A stretch of DNA of 64,000 nucleotides from Candidatus Latescibacterota bacterium (GTDB lineage Bacteria; Latescibacterota; UBA2968; UBA8231): positions 480,001 to 544,000 of the forward strand of contig OZ242005.1 of the NCBI GenBank assembly GCA_965204725.1. Reading direction: 5' to 3'. The stretch's first letter is position 1, and each line of letters starts with the position of its first letter. Position numbers and translations under genes: made by a program. Shown here in pieces: positions 18,772-27,800 of the stretch. The notes under the pieces are model-generated. The model had not been told where the DNA came from. It ran no database searches and saw only the letters and a program-made list of their open reading frames with translations.

Positions 18772-19700
18772 GAGGCTGTCTGAAAACCCATTATGTAGTC
18801 GTATTTGAATCGGCGTACTCATCAGGCCATATTCAGGTTTCACCACAAAATCTGAACAGAAAGGCTCGTATGATGAGTACGCCCAGTGGCCAATATGCAA
18901 CCGATGTAACCGATGTGCAATGGCAGCAGATCGAACCGTTGCTGCCGGCTCCGCGGTGGCGCCCCAACGGTCCGGGTCGGCCGCCGCGGGATCGGCGTCC
19001 GATCGTCAACGGGCTTTTGTATCTGAACAAGACGGGGTGTCCTTGGGCGTTGTTACCGGCTTGTTTTGGCCCGTGGAAAACGGTGTATGATTACTTCCGT
19101 CGCTGGAGCCGGCACGGGGTCTGGCCGCGGGTGTTGGAACGGCTCACCCAGCAGGAACGCCGCCGCAACGGCCGGCCGGCCACGCCCTCGGCGGGCTGTA
19201 TCGATAGTCAGACCATCAAAACGGCAACCCATGGTAAAACAACCGGTTACGACGCGGGCAAGAAGGTTCAAGGCCGAAAACGGCATCTGCTGGTCGACGC
19301 CTCAGGCTTGCTTCGACAGGTGGTGGTCACCGCCGCCGATGTATCCGATCGAGACGGCTTGCAGCAGGTGTTGACCCGCTTGGGGACGTCCGGCGTAGCC
19401 CGGTTACGCAAACTGTGGGGCGATGGCGGCTATCGAGGCGAGGCGATCCGAACATGGGTGGCCAACCTAAAAAAGACGCACAAGATTGACTTGGAAGTCG
19501 TCGCCAAACAAGGCCCCGGATTTACCGTACTCAAACGCCGTTGGGTCGTCGAGCGTACCTTGGCATGGGTGATGAACTCGCGCCGTCATGCCCGAGATTA
19601 TGAGGTGTTGACCCGCCATAGCGAAGCCTTGATCCAGATTGCTATGATCCACCTGTTACTCAAAAGAATCAAATAGAAAATGGAGTTTTCAGACAGCCTC
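18772..19700 (+). mobile_element. IS5-family insertion sequence (IS1031-like)
   Basis: 16-bp perfect TIRs GAGGCTGTCTGAAAAC / GTTTTCAGACAGCCTC; flanks are TGA (left) and TAA (right). Confidence 0.9.
18870..19676 (+). CDS. IS5 transposase
   Basis: YATDVTDVQW, TGCPWALLP, IDSQTIK, GYDAGKKVQGRKRH, DGGY, RWVVERT. Confidence 0.93.
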   Translation: MMSTPSGQYATDVTDVQWQQIEPLLPAPRWRPNGPGRPPRDRRPIVNGLLYLNKTGCPWALLPACFGPWKTVYDYFRRWSRHGVWPRVLERLTQQERRRNGRPATPSAGCIDSQTIKTATHGKTTGYDAGKKVQGRKRHLLVDASGLLRQVVVTAADVSDRDGLQQVLTRLGTSGVARLRKLWGDGGYRGEAIRTWVANLKKTHKIDLEVVAKQGPGFTVLKRRWVVERTLAWVMNSRRHARDYEVLTRHSEALIQIAMIHLLLKRIK

Positions 19701-20820
19701 TAAGTCCTTGAGGTTCCCGGATATTTATGGTTATGTAGTCATGCAGTCACATCGGATTACAAGTCAACACGGACGGTGCGGGTTTATTGTTCCTCTTTCA
19801 GTAACCTTCAGCTTTGAATTTTCTGATCTCCGGGGATTGCTAGCTAGCAGTGGGACCCATTGGTTTTCTTCATTCGACAACATTCCGGCAGCACTCTTTT
19901 CCGGTGTAAGCCAGCGATGCACAATCTGGATTAGTTCCTCGGCGGGAGGTGATTCGTTCGCTACTCGTCTTTTCAGATGGCGCTCGGCATATAGGACTTT
20001 TCTGTTAAATAATATAACCTACAACAAGGCAGATAATGGTGTTCCCACCACAAGTTTTGGTATTCCTCGCCTGACGAATTTTTTCGGTGCAAAATTGTTA
20101 GCACTGCACATTAAGTCATCTTCTTCAAAGTTAATCTCATCCCATGATACAGGCAGAACAACAGTCAGATTAGGATTCTCACCAACGGCGCGAAACTTCA
20201 TCTCCACATATATCGAGCCGCCGCCGGTATTGCATGAGGGTAATGGGAGTGTACTCGGTTCCACTCAATGCGGTTGGATGACTCTACCCTCTGATGAGAA
20301 AGCGTTTGCTGCTCTCGCGATCACAGCAGGCGATGCCTGTTTCTGGTATTGGCTGACGCGAGGCGATGGATTCCATGTTACAAACTGGTTACTCATTGAC
20401 CTTCTGGCTCCCATCGATTCGTTTCCAACAGATCATTTGTGCAGACTGGCTACCATCGGAGAATTATTACACCAGTACAGATATTCTGCGCTTGTCTTCA
20501 AGAAAAACGCAGGTAAATATGTCGGGAATTTTAACTATCAAAAGCTACTCTCACTGACGAGAAAAGCTGACATCGTGTTTCTATCTGGACTAGGTGCCAG
20601 TTGGGATGATTTGAGAGAATTATTCTCTTTCACTTCCTTGGTGCGGGGTATTAACCAAGAAGCCGGTGAGAAGAATATACCCATGTCAGTAAGAAAACTT
20701 TTCGTGCAGCCGGATTCCATTGACTTCTACAATGATCATCGTCTGCACGAGATTGACGAGTGGATATCAACAACGTACTCGATTGAATCTAGGCTAGTTA
20801 ATAGGATTTCTTCGGTATGA
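19701..20820 (+). pseudogene. C-terminal part of a type IIG/Eco57I-like restriction-modification protein, 5' end lost
   Basis: DIYGYVV...GRCGFIVPLS...LR...FDNIPAALFSGV matches N6-MTase sequence downstream of NPPY, followed by a TRD-like region; frame is open back into the IS end; no NPPY or SAM-binding motif; low GC. Confidence 0.7.
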
Positions 20821-20851
20821 ATATTGAGGAGGATTTGAAATGGCCATACTA

Positions 20852-21695
20852 GAAGCTATCTCATAAATAGTCTGGCTGTGCTACGTTAGTGGTATTCCCT
20901 TTCGGAGGTATCTCTTATGGATCTTACAGACGAACAGTGGTCGATAGTGTCCCCACTGCTGCCGGCGTGTCCCAAACGCCGCGATGGCCGGGGTCGTCCG
21001 TGGCGTTGTAACCGAGCGGTGCTCAATGGTATTCTGTGGATTCTCCGCACCGGGGCGCCTGGGCATGACCTGCCTGCTCGCTATCCGTCCTACCAGACCT
21101 GCCATCGTCGATTCCAACAGTGGTCGTCTGATGGCACCTTTGAACATATTCTGCGCACCCTCGCGCACGACTTGCATGAGCGCGGGGGCCTTGATGTGAG
21201 CGAATGCTTCATCGATGGCCTGTTTGTCGCGGCGAAAAAAGGGGGGACCAAGTGGGTCCGACCAAGCGGGGCAAAGGTACGAAGCTCATGGCAGTGGCAG
21301 ACCGCGCTGGTCTTCCTATCGCCGTACTCATCCAAAGTGCTTCGCCGCACGAAGTCACCCTCGTAGAAGCCACCCTGGAAAACCGATGGGTCCAGCCCCG
21401 ACCGCAACGACTCATCGGGGACCGAGCCTACGACTCGGATCGATTGGATGCGAGCCTGGCCGACCAAGGCATTGAGATGATCGCGCCGCATCGCCGCAAT
21501 CGTACGCAGGCCAAAACCCAGGACGGGCGGCGGTTGCGGGGCTACAAAAGACGCTGGAAAATAGAAAGACTGTTTGCTTGGTTGCATAACTTCCGCCGCA
21601 TCGTGGTTCGATACGAATACTATGCTGAAAACTACCTCGGCTTTGTACAACTCGGATGCATCCTCATACTGCTACGGTATTTATGAGATAGCTTC
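20852..21695 (+). mobile_element. IS5-family insertion sequence (IS427-like)
   Basis: 18-bp TIRs GAAGCTATCTCATAAATA / TATTTATGAGATAGCTTC with TA at 20850-51 and 21696-97. Confidence 0.92.
20917..21686 (+). CDS. IS5/IS427 transposase (two ORFs, probable frameshift)
   Basis: [15 protein letters not shown]; second [28 protein letters not shown]; slippery AAAAAAGGGGGG at 21235-21246. Confidence 0.9.
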
Positions 21696-22685
21696 TAAAC
21701 AAAACAGATTTATTCCATTCACTGTTCGACGCTTTTCGCCAGAACACAGACTCTGTCTATTTTGTATGTGGAAACAATCCGTACCGATTCTCTTTCAAAG
21801 GCAAATTCGTTACTGTTTTCGTTGGTAACATTCACTTTGCTGGGCGCACTGATGATGAATATCGAATCCAATGCCCAGGAGGTTTGCCGGAGACACTGCG
21901 CAACAGCAAGCGAAGGGGAGATACGGTACTCATCTTAGGATTTTCTGCAAAGGTGCAGGTCTTCAATGCATGGGATCCGGATAAATTCTTGGCTCGGCAC
22001 TCGGGAGTCCAGCAGTTTTCTGTCTATACTCGATTATCACGCATGCAAGAGGCTGCCGCACAGGGCTTCTCAACTCATACCGATACAGCTAAACAAGTCG
22101 TGGTCATGTTTCGCCCCGATCTCATCGGTTTGTATTTGGAAAACTCAACAGTGCTCCACCAAGCTACTGATCAGAAGTTGCGAAGAATAGCCGAAATTTA
22201 TAGTAACATCCAATCAGGTCAACTTCCTGTGCGACCAATCATGGTTAAAAGACAGAGGATTCAGATAACTAGTACTGAGTATCCTCGAAGTCCAAAGTTT
22301 AGGCAAGAAGTGTTAGGAGCGTACTGCTACAGATGTGCAATGTGCGGGCTTCAATTAGGCCTTGTAGAAGCCGCTCATATTGTGCCACATGCTCATCCAA
22401 AGGGACTTGATATAGTGAGTAATGGCTTGGCCCTTTGCGCTCTACATCATCGGTCTTTCGACACAGGGCTACTCTATGTTCGGGACGACTATTCAATTCA
22501 TATAAACTCTAATAGGGTCAGACACTTGAGAAAGATGGGTAGGTCTGATGGACTGAAGAGTTACAAACGGAAACTCAGGCGTGAACTGTTCCTGCCCGCC
22601 GAGAGTGTTTTTCTTCCCTCACCGGAAAACCTTACTCTCGGGAATGCTCTTCGGGGAGTTGAGTTGGCCTGAGAGGTCGACCATA

Positions 22686-23288
22686 ATGCAAGACATGCAG
22701 TCGTTCCCAACTCCTACACTAGCGGTCCAACCTCTGCCCTCAAGGTTCAAGCCTCGCTTGCTGGCAATCGGTGCTCCCGAAATTCTCAACTCGGAACACA
22801 CCGCGCTCTTCTGCTCCGTCCGTTGCCCCGGCGACCTAATCCTCAAGACCTACGACTTGGCGAGGGCCATGCGCGAGGCCGGAACACCCGTGATAGGCGG
22901 CTTCCAGACGCCGATGGAGAAGGAGTGCCTGCGCCTGCTGCTGCGAGGCAACCAGCCCGTCGTGGTATGCCCCGCTCGCAGCATTGACAACATGCGGGTT
23001 CCCCGCGACTGGCGTCCGGCCATCGCCGAGCGAAGGCTGCTGATCATATCTCCTTTCCCGCCATCGCAGCACCGTCCAACAATGAAGCTGGCAGCCCAAC
23101 GAAACGACATGGTAGTTACGCTCGCTAGCCGGGTTTTCATCGCCTATGCCGCCCGTGCTGGCAAGACGGAAAAGTTAGCCCGCAAGGTCGCCGAGTCCGG
23201 CAAACCCCTCCTCACCCTCGATAGTCCCGCCAATGCGAACCTGCTGGAACTCGGAGCTCGTGTGCTTGGGGTGGATGGTCGGATCTAG
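22686..23288 (+). CDS. DprA/Smf-like (SLOG/Rossmann) protein, short form
   Basis: ALFCSVRCPG, VIGGFQTPMEKECL, LLIISPF, AAQRN, FIAYA..GKT. Confidence 0.75.
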   Translation: MQDMQSFPTPTLAVQPLPSRFKPRLLAIGAPEILNSEHTALFCSVRCPGDLILKTYDLARAMREAGTPVIGGFQTPMEKECLRLLLRGNQPVVVCPARSIDNMRVPRDWRPAIAERRLLIISPFPPSQHRPTMKLAAQRNDMVVTLASRVFIAYAARAGKTEKLARKVAESGKPLLTLDSPANANLLELGARVLGVDGRI

Positions 23289-23341
23289 CGAGCTAGATAG
23301 CCGGATAAGATGAGAACCGAAATAATGAAGCAGTTCGTCGA

Positions 23342-24583
23342 CTAGTCGGATTTCCGAGCCGGCCCCGGCGGCCGGGCAAACGCGGCGGACCAGTCCATCC
23401 GGCCGGTAAACTGCATGGCGGCGAAGAGGGTGGCGATGCAGAGGACGGTGATGGCCAAGCCGGTATAGCCGACAAAGAAGAAGGTGTAGGAGAACAGGAC
23501 CAAGTAAATGAATTGGGCCAAGCCCACCTCCACCAAGGCCAGCCGCAGGCCGACCACCAGCCGCATGTAAGAAACCACCAGAAAAACAGACACGGCCGCA
23601 GCCACCAAAAAGGCGTAGTGGATGAGCAAGTGATCGGCTAGATAGGCCAACAGCAAGTGGAAGCTGAAAAAGGCCGCGCCGATGAAGAAGTAATTCATCG
23701 GGTGGATGTCGATGCCTTTGACCGCGGCGAAGACGAAGAGCAAAAAGAAAAAGAGAAAGAGGGAGATGGGAGCGGCCTCGGTCACGTCTTGCACCCAAGG
23801 GCCTGGGTTGAGGCGGGCGGGCATGACCATGCCGAGAGCGGCCCCGGTGAGTAGCTGGTCGTACTGCCAAGTGAGACGCCAGCCCTCGGCGGTGCGCTCC
23901 TTGTGGGTGGGCGACAGGCTTTGGCCGGGGAAGTCAATGGCGGCGAAATCCGTGAGCATGGTCAACTCGAAGTCGGAAACTTGCTCGACGTGGTCGCCGA
24001 AGCGGTACTCCCACTGTTCGAGTCCCTGCGATTGATAGGCAAGGCGGATTTGGCGGCTCTGGCCCGGCGCTAGGTGCAACGGCTGCCGCAGATGCCCTTC
24101 CGCCAGCGGCAGCGGTGCGATGGGGTGGCCGTTGAGGGACAGGGTGAAATCGTCGTACACGGCTTGGGAAGTCGGCAGGGCCAACTCGAAGGTCAGGTCG
24201 AGGGGTCGGTCGGTCTCGTTAGTCGCGGTATAGGTCGCGTCTAGGGCCACTTGGTAGGTGGGATACCACAGCAGGCCCTTGCGGCGGTGTTCGAGATGGA
24301 GATCAACCTGTAGGCGGCTGGCTTTTAGGGGCAGGAGGTGCCGCCGCTCCCTAACGTGTTCTACCGCTTGGCCATCGGGGGCCTGTTGGACGACGATTTC
24401 CTCGGTGGTCCAGTACAGGAGCGGGGCGGGTTGGGACTGAGGGGTGCCCCACAGTTGACCCACGGCCGCTTTGAGCTTGGTGTCTTGGTGGTGGGTGCGG
24501 TAGGAGACGACCTGCGCCAAGATGAGCCACGCGACGGTCGTGCAGGCAAAAATGAAGCCGATGGCGGCGATGCGGTACAGCAT
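23342..24583 (-). CDS. CreD-like inner membrane protein
   Basis: N-terminal TM, periplasmic region (LWGTPQSQ, RKGLLWY), six C-terminal TMs with HPMNYFFIG. Confidence 0.7.
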   Translation of the reverse strand: MLYRIAAIGFIFACTTVAWLILAQVVSYRTHHQDTKLKAAVGQLWGTPQSQPAPLLYWTTEEIVVQQAPDGQAVEHVRERRHLLPLKASRLQVDLHLEHRRKGLLWYPTYQVALDATYTATNETDRPLDLTFELALPTSQAVYDDFTLSLNGHPIAPLPLAEGHLRQPLHLAPGQSRQIRLAYQSQGLEQWEYRFGDHVEQVSDFELTMLTDFAAIDFPGQSLSPTHKERTAEGWRLTWQYDQLLTGAALGMVMPARLNPGPWVQDVTEAAPISLFLFFFLLFVFAAVKGIDIHPMNYFFIGAAFFSFHLLLAYLADHLLIHYAFLVAAAVSVFLVVSYMRLVVGLRLALVEVGLAQFIYLVLFSYTFFFVGYTGLAITVLCIATLFAAMQFTGRMDWSAAFARPPGPARKSD

Positions 24584-24747
24584 GAAGCCCTCCTTTGATT
24601 GCGTTTGAACGCTTCGCCGATAGCTGAAGTTCCACGTTACAGAAGGTGCTCGCCTAGCCGTCGCTGGAAGGAATCGCGTCCGGTGGCTCGCTTGCTAGAC
24701 GAAATGCTCGGGGCCGATATTGGGACCCCTTACTATACGATACTAGC

Positions 24748-24810
24748 CGCGATTCTTCCAAGGATCGAGGGCATCTTGCCCTCGATCCCGGATGGAAAGG
24801 AAGGGTCGCG
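24748..24810 (+). promoter_or_regulatory. Long hairpin in the leader of the 2086-aa gene
   Basis: Perfect 12-bp stem GGATCGAGGGCA/TGCCCTCGATCC (24762-24788), extended by CGCGATTCTTCC/GGAAGGGTCGCG. Confidence 0.5.
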
Positions 24811-24828
24811 TACTGAGTTGGGACCCTT

Positions 24829-27800
24829 ATGATCGCGCTGAATATCGCCTTTTTGCTCGTCTTTGCCATCGGCCCGGTGGCGGCTTCGGCCGGGCCGCGA
24901 GCTGTGGTGGAGCATTTGTCTTCGCTGGGGTCGCGGGTAGCGGGCTATCCGGGGAGCGACCAAGCGGCGGCTTATGTGGAGCGGCGATTGCAGGCGTTGG
25001 GGTTGGCGACGCGACGCGACACCTTTGCGGTGGTGGTGCCGGTGGACCGGGGCGGGCGGCTGGAGTGGGAGGGTGAGTCGGCGGACCTGTACGCGGTGTG
25101 GCCGAATGGGGCGCGGACTTCGACCGTGCCGCCGGAGGGGTTGCGCACCACGGCGATTTGGGGCGGCGATGGGGATTGGGGCGATTTCAATGGGCAAGAG
25201 GTGGCTGGGCGGGTGGTGGTGCTGGACTTTGCGAGTGGCGACGCTTGGCTGAAGGCCGCGTCGTTGGGGGCGCGGGCGGTGGTGTTTGTGGGCGCGGATT
25301 CGGCTACGACTCAGCAGGGGCAAGGCAAGTATGCGCGGGTGCCGTTGGATGTGCCGCGCTTTTGGCTGGAGGGGGCCGCCGGGGAGCGGTTGCGGCGGCG
25401 GTTGGCAGGTGGCGGAGCGGTAGAGGTGGGGTTGTGGGGGCGGATGGATTGGCAGGAGCGACCGGCGTACAATGTGTGGGCGGTGGTGCCGGGGCCGGGA
25501 GCGGGGACGGTTGTCGTCCATGCGTATTACGACGCGCCGTCGGTGGTGCCGGCGCGGGCGCCGGGGGCAGAGGCCGCGGTGAGTGTGGCGACGCTGTTGG
25601 AGGTGGCCGCTCAACTGCAAGCGAACCCGCGGGCGCACACGGTGGTGCTCGCCGCGCTGAGTGCTCACTTCCAAGGGCGGCAGGGCATGGTCGCCTTCCT
25701 CGATAAGCACGCCCGCTCCCACCCGCACTATGCGGCCCGGCTCGCCGAGCCGCTGTCTATTGACCTGTTCATCGGCCTCGATTTGTCCAGCCACGGCGAG
25801 CAGGTGGTGCTGTGGAACAACACGGATAGCTACGCGCTCAAGCGGTTTTTCGTGCCCTTTGGCCGGCGCTTTGCCGAGTACGCAGCGGCCTTGGGGCGCG
25901 CCGAGGCGGTGGCCAATGGCATCAGCCCCATTCGGGGGATGGATTGGGACAGCTATATGCCCGGGGGCTTGGCCGCCGATGGGGAATTGGCACTCGCGGC
26001 CGGGTTCCCATCGCTGACGCTGGCCACGGTGGGCGACGCCCGCTTCGCGCTGGATTTGCCGCTGGACGCGAGTGCGGGGGTGGCGTGGGACCGGGTGGAG
26101 GGGCAGGCGGCGTGGGTGGCCGAGTTGCTAACGCATGCGTTGGCCGATACAGCGCTGTTGGCCGGGCGGGAGCGGCTCGCCGAGGCCCTAAAGGATCGGC
26201 TGCGGGATTTGCGCGTCAAAGCGCGGACGTTCCCCCGGCGCAGTCAGGTGCCGGACCGGCCGGTGCCCGGGGCGTTGGTCGCGGTGCAGGTGGAGCAAGA
26301 AGAGCGCAAGGGGGTGCGCGACACGCGCTACTTTCTCGCGGATGCCGCCGGGGTGGTGCGGGTGCCTGGGTTGGTACAAGGGACGTACCCGCTGGCGATA
26401 GCGGCGTTGGACGCCGAGCGCGGGGCGATTACCCACGTGGTAGATTTGAGCACCCGCGCCCAAGCGCACCACGGCAAGCCGAGGTTGGATGGCCGCTTGG
26501 CCCAGAATGTGCGTTGGCTCCACAACGAGCGGACCGCCGTGCTCTTTCCCGGGGTGGGGCGGCCCTTGTACGGCTTGGTCGAGCCGCGCTTTTTGCATGC
26601 GTTGAACGAAGTGAAGGTGCTGACGGCGGCCGGGAGCGAGCCGCGCCAGTACGGGTACGCGCTGGGGCCGAGCAGCATCGGCTCGGTGGGGGTGATCTAC
26701 GGGCCGGCCGCGGCGGCTGCGACCGACCGCGTCAAAGTGATTTTGGATGGCCAGTTTTTGTTGCTCAACAGCGAGGGCCGCCAAAGCGAGGCCGCCGCAC
26801 GGGGCCGGGGTTTTTTGCTGGCCGAGGAGGGGTTTGGGGCCGCGACCCTACAGGCGGCTCGGGATGTGTGGACCTTGGATGCGGCGCGGCTGGAGGTGCT
26901 CGAAAAGCACGGCATTGAAAACCAGCGGTTGACGCGGCTCCACGCGCAGGCGGCCGGGGCCATCGCCCAAGCGGAAGCAGCGGCCGAGCAACGACGGTGG
27001 GATGAGTACGTGGCGTGGAGCCGCAAGGCACTCGGCTTGGAGACGCGGGCTTACCCGGAGATCTTGGCGACGCTCAACGACGTCCTCAAAGGGGTCATCT
27101 TCTTTATGGTGTTGTTGGTGCCGGCGGCCTTTTTCGGCGAGCGGCTCTTGTTTGCCGCGGCCGATATTCGCCGACAACTCGCGGGCTTTGGGCTGTTGTT
27201 GCTGGCGATTTGGCTGATTTTGGCGCAGGTGCATCCGGCCTTTGAGTTGGCCGAGCCGCTGGTGGTGCTGTTGGCGTTTGCCATCATGGCCATGGCGGCC
27301 TTAGTGCTCTGCATGGTGGTGAGCCGCTTCAACCGCGTCATGGCCCAGCATCAGAGCCAGCAGACGCGGGTCCATGCCCAAGACTTGAGCCGCTTGAGCG
27401 CGAGTTACGCGGCCTTCATGCTCGGGATTTCCAACATGCGGCGGCGACCGTTGCGCACCGGCCTGACCTTGGCGACGCTGACGCTTTTGACGTTTACCCT
27501 GCTCTCTTTTACCTCGTTTGAACAGCAGATCCGCTACGCGAGTTTCCGGCTGCCTCACGCTGGGGCGTATCCTGGGATCCTCATCCGCGACCGCGGCTGG
27601 GAGCGCCTGACGCCGGAGGCCCTTGACTACGCCGAGTCTCATTTTGGCGGTCATGGCTGGCTGGGGCGACGCGGCTGGTACGCGGCCGAAGGCGGTAAGG
27701 GGGGCTGGATTGCGGTGGCCGCGGCGGGGGAGGCGGTGCGGGCCACCGGCTTGTTGGGCCTGACGCCGGCCGAGGCGCGGATCACGCGGGTGGATGAGAG

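Larger units (their letters stand above)
20840..22672 (+). pseudogene. HNH endonuclease gene interrupted by the IS after codon 4
   Basis: RBS GAGGAGG + ATG GCC ATA CTA (20840-51) joins in frame to AAC AAA ACA at 21698; C-terminal CAMC..EAAHIVP..NGLALCALHHRSFD. Confidence 0.85.
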
